Assembly (NCBI GenBank): GCA_002245135.1
Contig: NGBS01000587.1
Coordinates: forward strand, 62,001-126,000
Source: Proteromonas lacertae
Lineage: Eukaryota
Direction: 5' to 3'
Length of the DNA stretch: 64,000 bases
The notes under the pieces were generated by a model. That model was given only the letters and a program-made list of their open reading frames with translations. It did no database searches and was not told where the DNA came from. Position 1 is the stretch's first letter. Every line of letters starts with the position of its first letter. Both the position numbers and the translations under genes were made by a program. Positions 25,677-40,800 of this stretch are shown piece by piece.

Positions 25677-28600
25677 ATGAGTTATTTTTCATATTGTTCA
25701 ACCAATGCAGCAGATAGTGAATATTCCACTTTTTCTTCTTTATTTTTGCCAACATTGCTTGACAATTTGTACAAGATCGATATAAAAACTCCTAATGTAT
25801 GATATTTATGGTTATATATTATAGAAAACTAACAATGCCTTTACCAAAAAGCTGAAAGAAGAAGATGAATTGTGTAAGAAATGGTATGACAAGCAGATAT
25901 ATAATGGCTATGTTGAATGTATAGCCAAAAGAAGTAAAGAAGTGGAAAGAAGGACAAATGACTTACTTTTTATGTTGATTGAAGAAAGTGATAATTACAT
26001 CAAAGTAGTATGTTATTATTTGTTATTTATATAGGCAAAACAAACTAATTGCTATAAAAAAAAGATTGAAATAATTGAGAAGGATGATAAATATCAGATT
26101 ATCAATGAAATAGCAAAGAATATGTCAATCATCAATTCAGATGTTTTAAAAGAAATTCAACTGATGTTAAAAGCCTGTAATAAGGAATATGAACTGTATA
26201 ACATTTGTTTTTATAAAGAAGAGTTTTATAACTTTATTAAATCTAAAAGTATAATTTACTTCCTATAAATTATATAGATGAATTTGTCAATAATGAATGG
26301 ATATATCATTTCTATTATAATAAACAAAATAATTATTTTGATCCAATTAAAAGTGCAAATTTAAATTTTGAGGATGAAAGAATGCCTAAAAAGTATTATT
26401 CTTATGTTTATTTACATTTAGAATAAAATTCATTTTCAAATATGGAAATCCAAAGATTATCCCACCAATCGAAATAGATTATGAATTGAATAAAAAAGAT
26501 GTAAAAGATAAAAATCTATGTGTTGTATTTGAAAAAGATACAATTCCATTCAATAATCTATTTGAATTAGAAATGAGATTATTCAATGGGAAGAGTGAGA
26601 ATATATCAATAAATACAGTTAGTTTATCAAAAAATTCATCAAATAGTAGATATGATGTTTCAATTAAAAATATATTTGATAAACTTTTCAACCATATTTT
26701 AAACTCAAATGAGATAGATTATTATAATGAAACAGTTTCTGCAATCTTAGATTTGGTATTAAAAACTGGATCAATCGACTATTTACTTCAATTTTTAATG
26801 AATTTAGACAGAATCAAAATGAATGAAGAGAATAAATACAAATTAGTTTGTATATTCATTAAAATAAAACATTCAATTAAAGATGCAAAGATGTTTTCAT
26901 ATGAAGAAGAAGAGAAATTATACTATTCTAACTATCCATTAGAATTTCTCAGAATAATTAACAAACTTGGATTGGGTAATTGGCATGTTTTAGATTTTCA
27001 TCCTCATTATCTGTCAGTATTGTTAAACTACATTCAATTGTTAATGTCAAATCCAAAAACAACAATTGATAATATAGAGATGATTGTTTTGTTATTTGAT
27101 TTATTGAATAAAGAAATGAACTATCTTTATTCATATGATTTATCAAATAGTGGTTGTAATTATTCAGAAGAATATGGAAATTTGTTACTAACAATCAATT
27201 CAACAATTGAGAAATACAATGATTGGATTAATGAGAAAGAAAACAATGAGAAGATAAGAGATTTATTGAAGAATATAAAATTATCAGAAATTATGAAGAA
27301 TTATAGTATAAACATACTCAAAGATTCACCTCCTGGTTCAAAACTAGAAATATTGATAAATGCAAGTAAATATGATAATTATTTATCCAATCAAATTGTT
27401 GAACAATTTAAATCATTATTAACCAATCCAAAAGAGATGTCTAAACTTGAAAGTGATGTTTTCAATCCAAAAATCAAAATGTTCCATTTTGAAACTTTAA
27501 AAATACTTTCCTCTTCAATTAAAATTCATCATGAAAGTTGTTTAGGTGAAACAATTCTACAATTCATTTTAGAATCAACTGTATTTCAATTTATGAAAGA
27601 AATTAATACAATTGATAAAAGTAATCTCAAAGAGAAACTTTATTATATTATTGAGTATAAATATTGTTATTATTATTTATTGATTATAGAATGATAGATT
27701 CATTATTAATCAGTGTAAGACATTATTTGAATAATGCAAATTCATCAAAGTGTTTTGATAAAGAATATTCATTTGTGTTTCAAACATTACCATTGAATTT
27801 GTTCTTAATTCTGTTTATTATAACAAAAGTTCAATCAGATGAATTAATATTTTCATTTATCTCAGCTATTTCATCCGAATTGATTGGTTTAAGAAATGAT
27901 ATTTATGAATTAATGAATAATAATCGAAATATCCAAAATGAATGTTTATATGATTATATTTCATATGTTTGTGGTTATTGTGCATCTCAATTAACAAAAT
28001 CACTTACAATGTCATATGAAGAAGAAAAGTTGTCATATTGGTTAAATTCCCTATTATTCTGTAATGGATTGATGAAAGATTATGAAATAGAAACTCCATT
28101 TAATATGAATTATGATGTGATTGGATTAATTCCTCATGAAATAGAGAATAATGGAATAAGTTGTATATTGTTTATTATTATAATTGAATAGTTCCAGAAT
28201 TAACTTACCATCCATCAGAATCTTCAATAACCTTTATTAGAAACTCAAATATGATATTATTATTCATAAACAATTACATATCAAAATATGAATATGATGA
28301 ATTTAATGAATTTATTCATGTAAAACCATTAGAGAAAATCGAAATGAAAGGATTAACAAATACAGATATACAATTCTTCTTTGAATCATTACAATTAATT
28401 TCAAATCCTCCAATATTACAGTTTCTATTAGAATCATTTGATAATAACAAATATATATCAAAACTACCAATTGATAAGAGAATATGTGATGATAATTTCA
28501 TTCAAACAATTAATAAACCAAAAAGTGATTCTTTGACAAATCAATTATACACTTTATTATCCAAATCAACAGATAAATCAATGAAATTCATTGTTAAAAT

Positions 28601-31600
28601 AATAACAAAACTTAATGGAATAATTGGTCCACAGTTGATCATGAATAATGAAGAAATGTTTAATCCAATAATTCAATGTTTATGTAGTTTATCCTACATT
28701 TATGAAAAATCATTAGATATATTTAAAATGTTTATATTATTCAATGAAAATGAAGAAAGTGAATTTGATTATGAAACAATAAAACCAATAATAATATCTT
28801 TATGTAGAGTAATACATCATTTAAGAGAAATGAAACAGTTTTATAACAACAGAATGGAAGAAGAAACAAATGAAAGAGAGAATAGAAGAAGAAATGTTGA
28901 TTTTTCATTACCAAATACATTGAATGATTATTTGAAAAGATTAGAAGAAAGATGTATTTTAATACAACAATGTGAATTACATAATTCTGGTGAGAAAAAT
29001 GATGATGCAGAATCAAAAGTGAAAGTTTCTTTATCTTATATTTGTAATGGAAATTCAATAAGTAATGAAATGATGATTAGATTATTAGAAAGAAGAGAAA
29101 TAAGAACTAAAATGAGAATATCTGGTTTGAGAATGTATAGTTTACTATTGAATAATGATGGTTCAAATTCTTTGATATTGAATGGATTTTTATGTAGTTT
29201 ATGTGGAAAATATGAAAATAAAGAATTATCAATAGAAGAAGAAATCAACTGCTATCATCATTATTCAAAAGATGTGTATGGATGTAAATCCAAATCATAT
29301 TATGAATTATCAAATGAATTTCTTAGATTTTTAATTTCATTCAAGAATTCAATGATTATTTGTTTTGATAAACAAGTATATTTCACTTATTATTCTATTT
29401 TCACATAGTATTATAATGATTTGTTATATGTGAAAGAGTTATATTTGGATTATACAGAATGTGATTCTTGGATATTAGAAGAATCAAAAATAATGGATTT
29501 ATTCAATCATATTATTAGATTCAACAAGATTTATCATCTTAAAGATATAAATGAGATTAAAAGTATAATATATAAGTTGTTTATAATGAATAGAAGAAAA
29601 ATGTTTAAAACATTATCATCAATCTATTTATGATGCAATATCAAATGGATATTTCAATAAATCCGAATTATTATTAGAATTATTGTCAATGAATCTAAGT
29701 GATTCATTTTGGAAAAGACATGGAATTGAAACTGGTTTAGATTTGCATTTATATGTGAAATATATAAGTGAGGAGAATATTAAGCTATTAGTTTATGATG
29801 CATTGACAGAAATGGGAATGTGTTCTTCTAATGACAATTTCATAAGAATATGTAATAAGAATAAAAATGAAAGTGAAGATGCTAATAAATCACATAGATT
29901 GGGTATTGATAGTGGTATAACAACAACATCTTTTCACAGAAGTTTTCATGATGATATTTTATCAACTTGTTCAATAGATGATTTATGTAATAATATTGTT
30001 TTGTTTATTACATCATCTATTACAAAAGAAGGTGAAATAAAGAAACAATCATATGAAAAGAAATATGAAGATAAATTTGAAGAATTGTTTAAGAAAAATT
30101 CAAAAGCAGATATTCCTTCATATCAACCAATCGTTATTCCATCAACAAATATTTTAATACAATCATCAAATCCACATTTATCATCATTATTTACTTATGT
30201 TGAAAGAAAATTGGATAATATCTATCAATTTTATCAAAATCAAAACCAATTATCATATGATAAAGAAAGAGATATGTTAATGTCACTTATTCAATCAAAT
30301 GATAAAGAAAAAGGAATAAATGTTGATTTAGATCTATTAAATGAAGATGAATCAATAATTAGTAGAAAATTATCTCTTATATTATCACAATTATACAGAA
30401 TTAGTGATTCAACAATATTAAAAGAACGGATTAAAAATCAAAATGTTTTGTTGATGATGATAGACTTATATCAAAACACAACAATACCAAATCAAATATT
30501 AATATTAAAATGTATCAAAAACAATCTATTAGAAATATCAACAAATGATTCATCATTTATAAAGAGAATTTTAGATTTCATGATGTTATTATTATTAGAA
30601 TTAGGACGAATAATATTATATGATGATAATATGACATTTAAAACAAATGATTATTATGATAATATCAAATCTACTTCAACATGGAAATGTATTATATGTG
30701 ATTGTAAAAATGAAATTGGATCAAGTATATGTAAGCAATGTCAATTACCTTATACAAAAATAGGAATGATATTCCCATCTCATGATAATTGTGTAAATTC
30801 TTATAATAACTATAATGGAAGAAACTTGATGTGGAAAAAAACAAATTTACTCCAATTTTTAAGAAATGTGATAAATAATAAATCATTATTCACATTACTA
30901 TTCAATGAATCTCATATATATGTAGAGGAACTGATTGAATCATTAAAATCTATTGATTCTTTTAGAATGAATGATGATATTTATATAAGTGTAGGAATAT
31001 TATCAATTCATGGTGGAATTCAATCAACAATCTCTAAAGATTCTATCGTTGAAGTGAATATGAAAGGAAATATATCAAAATGTAGAGTAATAGAAATGGA
31101 AGAATGTTATTCAAAGTTGAAAGTTGAAATAGAATCATCAAAAGAGATATATGAAGTTGATTATGATTCAATTATATCAATGAATATTTCATCAATTCCA
31201 TTAAATGAAACTCCATATTCATCATTATTATGTGATTTAATAAAAGTAGTATATGATATAAATGATATTAATCTGAATAAATCTCTTTCTGTTCAAATAG
31301 AAACAATTTCATTATTGTTATTCAATTATGTGAAATATGAAGTTAATAATCATTATGAATCAATTCCAACTGTTTTATTACAGAATATAATAAAATCAAT
31401 ACTGAATATCTCAGTATCAATATCAAATATTCCATTATCATTATCATCTCTTCAACTCTCTCATATATTAACATTCAATTCCAATATGTTTTATTCCATG
31501 AATTATTTATTTGTTAAATCATTTACATTTTGTCAAAATGAATTAATATTGTCTGAACAAATAGGTTGTTCAATAGAATTAGCTAAAAAAGCGATGGAAT

Positions 31601-34600
31601 TATGTCAAAATTCTAATAATCCAACAAAATGGTTATTAGAAAATAAAGAGAAATATAAACACTATTCAAAAGAGATATTTAAAGATGAATTACCAAAAGA
31701 TATATTAATCAAACAACAAATTGATTATAGCCAATTAAATGAAGTGAATACTTTAATTGTTTTAAATAATGAAACATCAAAATATTGTATTTTATCAAAA
31801 TATGATAGTAAAATTCCATTAAGAATTGGTCAAATAGTATATGTAAAATCCAATTCAAGCAAAGAAGAATTTGCAATGTATTTGTGTAGAAAGAATCAAA
31901 TGAATTATTTATTTACTTTAAACAATAACCAATCAACTGTTATTTGTATTAATGATAATATGTTGTTTGAAAATATTTATTTTGTAGATGATAAATATGG
32001 TTATAAGATATGTAATACTAATGATTCAGTAGATTATATAAAAGAAATAACAAACACATTAATCATAAATACAAATAGAGATATTATAATGAAACTGATG
32101 GTTAATAGTCCAAATGTTTATTCAATTGAAGATCCTTATATATTTCTTCAATTATATAAAAGATTAAGTAGTGGAAATTCTTTAAATACAAATATATTAT
32201 CCAATGTTATGGAAAATGGAAATGTTAATAATTCATTTGAGATTATGACAAAGATGTATGTTACTAAATTAAAGTATGGTAATTTTAGTGAGAAAATTGA
32301 ATTTGGAAATGAAATATCTCCATGTGAATGTAATAATCATTCTTTATCATCAATTATTTCTCTTTCAATATGTGAAATATTGTGGTATTTAAATCACTCT
32401 TCAGTCACATCAGAAGTTACTAATTATGAAGTGATAGAATCATTACATCCACTGTATAATGTTTCAGATTACATAGGGAAAATATCATTATCCAACTGTA
32501 AATCAATGATAATAATATTTGATGAAAAGAGTGATATTAGAAGTGGAAGTTTGAGTTTTTATTTAGATGAAAGATGTAACAATACTTTTGAAAAATTTGA
32601 TGGAGATAATAGTTTTAAATCTTTTGTAGTAAATTCCAACACTTTATTCTACAGATTTTCAAATGGTAGTGTTTATTATAATAGTTGTTCTAGTGGTAAT
32701 AGTAGATGGGGTTATAGAATGTTTGTGATTGGATTGGGAGATTATGAATTATTACCAGAAAAGAAAATAATATCAAATCCAAATCTGGAATGGTCATTAT
32801 GGTTATTGAATATTATATTACATCAATCAAATATAATAGATTCATTAAACAAAGAAACAAAACAACAACTATTCAACACCTTAGTTAAACAATTTGTTAA
32901 GTCTATAAACAAAGAAAGAATAATAAATATATTAGTTTCATTATTCAGAGATGAAAGATTTAAAGATTTAGTAACACAATCAAAAGAAATAGATGATTTA
33001 GCATCACAATCAATTAATAACATTAACTATGGAAGAAAAAGAGACAATATAGATTTATTCTTGATAGAATTGTATTGTCTGTCAAAATATCATTCAAATC
33101 CAATAAATATTAATAAATTAGAAAATGATGAAATATCAATAGAGAAAATATCATCAGTTTATTCATTGTTATATGAAATGTCTATCAGTCAATATATTCC
33201 TTTATTTAATCATTCAAATTCAATAAATTATAATACAAAAACATATGAAGCAACCTCATATCCACGTAATAACAAATATTTGAAATATGAATATGAATGT
33301 AATTGTTTTAATAACTTTAAAGTGATTATTCACAAAGATACAGATGTTGGAAATGAAAACATAAATATAATATATAACAATGATACTAAGCAATTTTCAG
33401 GTAAATTTGATGATGATTTAGTTGTTGAGATTAATAATACAAAAAGAATTAGTATTGAAACATGGTTGTTTAAATCAAAATCATTCAAATACAAGTTATC
33501 TATAACAGTTATGCCAATAAATGATTCTATAAGATATTTAAAAGTAATAAAAGATAATGGTGAAAAAGAAATAACAGAAGAAATAGAGACATATAATCAT
33601 AATTATCAAGAAGTAACAAATATAATGAATGTTATAAACAGAATAAATGAAACAAATTCTATTCCAAAAGAGATGTTTATAATCAATACATAAATGAAAA
33701 TGGAATGGATAATATTCCAACATGGGATATATTTGAAGAATTGTATAAATCAATCGAAATCATTGGAAAGAATATGATTGAGGTATTAAAATATGTTGAT
33801 TTGTCTCAATTAAATGTAAAAGGTAGTTTTGCATATTTGATTAAAGAGAATAAGATATTTATATCAAAGAAACAAAAGAAGTTATATTCCAATAAAGTAA
33901 AGAATGAATTAAGAATTAGATATGGAAATAGTGTAAAATCTGTAGAAATTGACAGATTTAAAGCAAATAATGAAAAGGTAAAAGGAAAAATAAACTCATT
34001 ACAATCAAATTGTGTATTTAAACAATTATACAATCAATTATATGGATTAGGAGAAAGAATATGGTTTGCAAGATGTGATGGATATAGAATTTTTAAAGTT
34101 TATTTTACAAATGAAGGTGCTTCAGATGCAGGTGGACCATATAGAGAATGTTTAGAAGAAATGATTGAAGATTTATTCAGTGAACATTTTGATTTGTTTA
34201 TTCCAACAAGTAACAATAAACATAAATATGGTATTGATACTGATTGTTTTATTCCCAATCCAAATTGTAAAGAGATAGAACATTTGAAAATGTATGAATT
34301 TGTTGGTAGAATAATGGGATATTCAATATTATCAAATGCCTCTTTACCATTTATGTTTCCCAAATGTTTTTGGAATGTTTTTAATGGAAATGAATTAAGA
34401 TATGAAGATATCTATGATTTAGATCAATATTTATATAATAATCTAGAAGAGATAAGAAATGCTAAAAATGAAGAAGAATTACCTAAACAACCAGCATTTG
34501 TGATAAGTGATGAAAATGGTGAGATAATGAATCTAAATGAAGGAATTGAAGAAGAATTGAATATGGAGAATAAAGAAAAACATTGTGAATTAATAACCAA

Positions 34601-35066
34601 TTATTTTATTCATCGATGTGATATTCAAATAAAATCAATATTAAAAGGATTGTATAGTGTAATTCCACAATCATATTTGTTCTTATTTAATGGAGATGAT
34701 ATAGAAGAATTTGTGTGTGGAAAAGCAGAAATAGATGTTGAATATTTGAAAGAAAATACTATTTACAGTGGATATGATAGTAATAGTCAAACAATAATTG
34801 ATTTTTGGAAAGTAATGGAGAGTTTTAACAATGAAGAAAGAAGAAAATTCATAAGATTTGTTTGGGGAAGAAGTAGATTGCCTTTGAAAGGAGAAAATTG
34901 GAATAATTCATTCATAATACTTAGATGTGGTTCTACAGATAGATTACCATCAGCAAGTACGTGTTCTTTTCTAATTGATTTACCAGATTATTCAAATTAT
35001 GATTTGTTGGAAAGAAATTTGAGAATAGTAATAAATTATGGATTGGGAGCTATGTTAAACGTCTAA
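25677..35066 (+). CDS. Large HECT-domain E3 ubiquitin ligase with RanBP2-type zinc finger and UBA-like segment; start uncertain
   Basis: HECT motifs FTNEGASDAGGPYRE, YEFVGRIMG, FIRFVWGRSRLP and DRLPSASTCSFLIDLPDYS (catalytic Cys). WKCIICDCKN...CKQC near 30682-30745. IGCSIELAKKAMELC..PTKWLLEN near 31561-31645. Short introns in the 5' third; frame breaks near 29590 and 33670. Confidence 0.85.
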
Positions 35067-35304
35067 ATAAACATTTGATTAATAAAAGTACTGTTTATTA
35101 ATTACTTCTCTTTGATTTATGAATAATATATGTAAAAATCTATGTACACACCAGAAATTCTCTATAACTCCATTTCTGTAATAATATATTATCATCATGT
35201 ATTCATCATAAATACACTTAATTTCATATTTAAAAAATATCAAAATTATGATCGTTTCATTCAAGCCAAAAACTTGATCCTTTTTTATTCTTTTTCATTT
35301 TAAG

Positions 35305-36077
35305 ATGCATATAGTTGTATATTTCACTATTTTATACGCTCAGATTATTGACACAAGAGTAAATGATGGAATGAAAGAAGAAGGTGAGGAATTGGTGAAG
35401 AATCTGAAGAATTGTCTTGAAAACTACAGTATATCGTTGATTAATATATTCTAGTGTTAATAAAAAGTACAATTGGAATTGTTATGTGAAGAATATGTGA
35501 GTTGCTTGTGTATTAGTGAGAAGTAGAGATAATCTATGAGTTATATAAAATGTATAGAGTGAATGTGATGTTTAAACCCTGCCAATTCAAAGATAGTTTA
35601 AAGAATTTCGAGAATAGTTGTTTAAGACTAAATGCTAGTGAATTAAGCAAAACCAACTCTCCATTAGAATCAGTGGCGTTGACTGTGAGTTGTAAATTGA
35701 TCCAAATGAACTTAGGTAAAAAGAATGAGGATATAAGAATCTCTTATTTTACCTCCAACATATTTGAGAAAGATGAAAATATTGAGAAATTGTACAATTA
35801 TTTATTTAAGAAATGTATAAATATAAATTGGAAATAGATAATATAATATACATAATATTGATAGTTAATTGAGTTTAAAAGATCAATCGAAGAATATGCG
35901 AATATTGAGATAATTCCATTATTAAATGATTATTACAATATATTAAAAAAGACAAGAGAATGGATTTCATTAGAATTACCATCCATTGAATCAGTTTTAA
36001 TACTTTCAAATCCAACAACAACAACAGTATTTGTATATATATTAATAATGACAATTGAAAAGAGAAATAAATGTTAA
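35305..36077 (+). CDS. Hypothetical multi-exon protein with hydrophobic N-terminus
   Basis: Starts MHIVVYFTILYAQIIDTRVNDG. Coding-like segments are separated by candidate short GT-AG introns; includes ORF 35550..35837. Confidence 0.4.
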
Positions 36078-36120
36078 AATCATTTTACCTTATATTTATG
36101 GCCCTCCATTCACTTCTTAT

Positions 36121-36608
36121 TCTATTTCTTCGTTATTTCATAATGGAATGACCAAATTTACATTATTATGAAAAATTGAGTTAGATTCAATTGATTTAAG
36201 TATTATCTCTTATACCTTATTAATAAAGATTCCTTTAATAAATAATATTTGATAAAGAATTATTTTCAATTATCTCTTCTAAATCTCTCACATAGAAATC
36301 TCTATCCAATATCATATATTCATTCTCATTATTCATCTGAACAATTTTAGAAGGATAAATAAAGGTGCTGCAACATTTTGATAATAATAAGTTTTGCTCA
36401 TAGAATTTTAATATCTTCTTTTCTTCTATTCCATTAACATTTAGGATTTTCATCATCCTAACATCTGTTTCATATTTGACTTTCAATTTTACTTCATTAC
36501 AACTCTTTTCTACACATTCTTTTATCTATAAAAATAAATCACCTTGAATACATCAAAATTTAAAGGTAACAGCGAAGATAATACACTATCTATTAAGAAA
36601 TTCATCAT
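36121..36608 (-). pseudogene. Truncated paralog of the N-terminus of the pseudokinase-LRR gene
   Basis: IKECVEKSCNEVKLKVKYETDVRMMKILNVNGIEEKKILKF...FYVRDLEEIIEN aligns with IKERIEKNSVEVDLVIKHKNDMMMMKVLDVAGIRENRILKF...YYDKDIEEIIQN. Same first-intron position; premature stop at 36235. Confidence 0.75.
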
Positions 36609-36695
36609 TATTATATTTATATGAAAATAGATTCGTTACAATTTTTTTAATATTTTTTATACACAAAATATATTAAACAATAGTGAATAACTAAA

Positions 36696-37587
36696 TTAAA
36701 AAATAAAAGGAATTATACATTTCTTATTTTTATTAACTATTTCTTCTTTGAATTTATCTTCATACCATTGTTTGGAATAATATGCTAAAATCAACTGATT
36801 CAATATCACCCACAATATACAACTATTCAAATTAAATGATGTATATCCTGAAAGAATTCCCTAATTAATTACAATTAAATGTTATACAAATGATAAATAT
36901 ATCAATATTTCACCTAAATAATGTGGACAATACACTAATTCAAATAAAAATCCTCTTGGATATGCATATACTACATTTGAATATCCATTTCTTAAATCTG
37001 ATAATATTTTTTGACTTTTCATTTGAATAACTGTTCCAGTAATGAACAATGAATATGACAGGATAATATGTACATAAGATACGATGTTATTATTAACAGA
37101 AATAATAGAGAATGGCGTAAATATATAATGTAAAACACCAAAAAACAAAATGCCTATGTGCATTGTACTATTAGATTTCTTATTGACAAAAATACACTCA
37201 TATAATCTCTGAATCATATGAACATCATATAATAGGAAAATATATATGGCAGAACCAACTAGTTCATTGATAAACAAATATTGGCATAATACACCTGAGA
37301 ATATTCCAATTATATAATATATAAGAAAAAATGATTTTGGGACACTATAATCCTATAAATCCAAATATAAATTATGATTATACTAAATTTTGTAGAAAAA
37401 CTTCTATAATTCCCATTTTTATACCTTGTACATCATTTTTAGGAGTTAGTTTACCATATTTAAGAACTCTATTCTTTATTGGCAATACAAATGTAGATAA
37501 CAATGTTACTATTAGTGTAATAATCCAATATATTGATGTAAACAAATTTATGTATTTGATATTAGATGAAACAGAGAAGAAATTCAT
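36696..37587 (-). CDS. Polyprenol reductase / steroid 5-alpha-reductase family (SRD5A3/DFG10-like)
   Basis: Motifs LKYGKL, HMIQRLYEC, SQKILSDLR, YPRGFLFELVYCPHYLGEILIY, and C-terminus WYEDKF...KCIIPFIF*. Two short introns. Confidence 0.85.
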
Positions 37588-37829
37588 TTTCTTAATTCAT
37601 CGAAAAAAATATTTTGAATAACCTATTTCAATCAAGCCACAAAGTTTGATCCAATTACGTTGGTGAAATTTATTTTGACTATTTGAAGGTATATATAATG
37701 CTCTAGAATTTTATAAACTATCAAGATCCAAAAATATGTTCATTTTCTACACTTTAATACTATATATTGTCTTCTAGTTGCCATTCTTTTTTATTTCTCT
37801 TACTTATTATTATTAATAGATTTCAATAT

Positions 37830-40800
37830 ATGATGGGGAAAATATTGAATATTTTAGTTGTTTTGTGCTTAATTTCTTTCAGTTCTGCTGTTAGAGATAG
37901 TCCGTTTCGCTCAAAGCTGGATAGCAGTTATGAAATTGTTACAGAGTATATATCTGTCGATGATAAAATGAGCGAAGTTGATGACTATGTTATTCAGGTG
38001 GATAGAAGTAGAAATGGAGGTTTATTTCAGACAATATTATTAGAAACTACCCTTCTCCCAAGTAGTGGTGCATATTTTGAGATTGGTGCTGATATAGAGA
38101 ATATGAAGCCAGAGGTTCAACATATTCTCATTTTCAAAGACAAAGAAGAAGTCAATTCTGAGAAGAACTTCACTGTTAGCTATAACAATATTGACATAGT
38201 CTTACAGTCTACATATGATGCATCAAAAAGTAAAAGTAGAATTTGAGAAATTGAATATAACAAATTTACATGTAAATTACACTGATAATGTCAATTATGT
38301 TGATATAACTATTATATCTTCAACAGTTGAATTAAAAGACAATCTCAAAGTTATTGGAAATGTTACACACTGTTATGTTGGTAATAATGAAGAAATGTGT
38401 AATAATCACGAAGTAAGTGATAAATCTAAATTGGTAGGAAGATTTGATATTGTTTATAATGGTAAAGAAGTTGTTTATGATGTAAGTGATTCATATGAAA
38501 AGTTAGAGAAATCTTTATTAGATTTAGGTTTAGGTGAATCAGTAATAACTCAAATAAATGCAACCTATTGGAGAATATCATTTCCTACGTTAGTAAAAAT
38601 AATAGACACAAACTTGTTGAAATTCAATAATGTGGAATTTGAAAGATTCGAATAATCAGAATATCCAGTTATCATTAAAATATATGTTATTCAGTGGATT
38701 AAAGCCAACTACATTAGAGTTTACATTGAATACTACAACAGAAACTACATTCAAGTTAAATAATACAGTTATTAAATCAACAATAAAAGATACAAAAACA
38801 TTGAACGAAGTATTGAATGAAATAACTACAGAAAAATATGAAATTGAAATGAAGGATAAAGATCGGATATGCTATATATATCAAGTCTTATCCAACCATA
38901 TTAACCAGTTTAGAGATATATGATAATGATTCTAATAAAGTAATGATGATTATTAATGACAATGAATATGATGATGTTAGTGGTGATTTTAGAATTGGTT
39001 ATAATGATTTTATTACTCCAAGATTGGCATATAATGAAGATGAGAATAGAATCAAATTAGAATTACAACAATATGAAGAATTTGAAGGTGTAGAAGTTGA
39101 AAAGATAAATTCTAATAAAAATATCAATTATAATGCTTGGAAAATAGTCTTCAAGAATTATATTAACATCAGTGAAATTGAATTACATTCAGAATATTTA
39201 AAAGGTTCAAATTCTATAGTCAATTTTACTGATATTACTCAATATAATAATGAAAGTGAAATATTTAATAACGAGTCTTTATTGACTAAAGTATCATATA
39301 ATCTATCTGAATCTGTTCATTTTACTGATTTATTACCAAATGTAGATTATTTCATTAGAGGATGTATAAATTGTTCAAAATTATTAGAATCAAAAAGATC
39401 TTTATCATCATTATCATCAATTGAATGGTATTATAGTTATCCATCAGTTATAAAGACTATTAGTAAATTACCTGATCCATTTAGTAATGAAGATATTAAA
39501 GTATTAACATTAAAACCTGAAGAAATTACATTGAAATTAAGAGAAGATAAGAAGTTAGATGATTTTGTTAACTCATACAAAGTACAAGTGTCAGAAATAC
39601 CAGTTTGTAGATGAAATGCAATGTATTGTGATAAATACAACAAAATCAACATCTACAATAAATGGTAGTTTTCAATTAGCTTATAAGAATAGTGTTACTA
39701 AACCAATTAGATATGATGCAAGTGAATATGAGATGAAATATTATTTAGAAGAATTAGATACTCTTGGAGACGTAAATGTAAAGATTGAAAGAGTGTTTGA
39801 TGGTTTTAGATATTATATTACATTTGGTTATTGTAGAAATAATAATAATAATAATAATCAATTTATATGTAATTATGATAATGAAATTGAATTATTTAAA
39901 GTTTCAAATAGTACAATCACAGCTAGTATTTCTGTAATTGAAGTATCTAAACGAAGTGATAGTTTTATATTTGATAAAACAATACAAACGTCAATATATG
40001 AAGCTTTAAATTATCCAAATAGAAAACTCGAAGAAATTCAACAAGATAATAAATATACTTATACTAATGTTAGTTTTAATGTAGAAAATAATAAATATTA
40101 TTATTATCGTATATTTAAGAATATCAATTGTTCTTCCATTGAGAGATGCGTTATGTCTAATCCATATGTATCAGTTAATCCAATTACAAGTTCAACTGTT
40201 GCCATCATCACCAGTTAATTTAGATATTTATTCCTATAATGAAAGTTCTATTACATTTACATGGCAAAAACCCTTAATTCAATGGAAATAGCTGATATTT
40301 TAGGATATGAAATACAAGTAAATGCTTGGTTTAATTTAGGAGAATGGGTTACTGTATATCATTACAGAAATAACAGTGGAATTGATATTCCTTTAACTAC
40401 AACTATTGATTCAAGTGTGTATAAGTTCATTAGAGGTAAAGATTATGTTTTTAGAATTGCTTCTCATAACAAACTTGGTAGAAGTGAATATAGTCGTTCA
40501 ATAACAGTTAAACTGAATTATCCAACAGTTCCAGAAATGCCATCTCATTTACAGATTATTTCTAGAAATAATGATGATAGTTTACTCGTTTTGAAATGGT
40601 ATGCTCCTTTGGATAATGGAGGTTTACCTGTTGCACATTACAATATATATTATTATGTTGATGATAGTAATGATAACAACAAAAATGAAATAAAACAAAC
40701 CAAAATAGAAATAAAAGATAATGTAAGACAAAATAGAGAACCAGTTGTTTATACATTCAATAGTTCTCAATTAACAATTGGTAAATATTATAAGATATAT

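Noticed and set aside
39838..39858. (AAT)n tracts and similar short repeats
   Set aside because: Ordinary poly-Asn codon runs in AT-rich coding DNA; not a CRISPR array or satellite.
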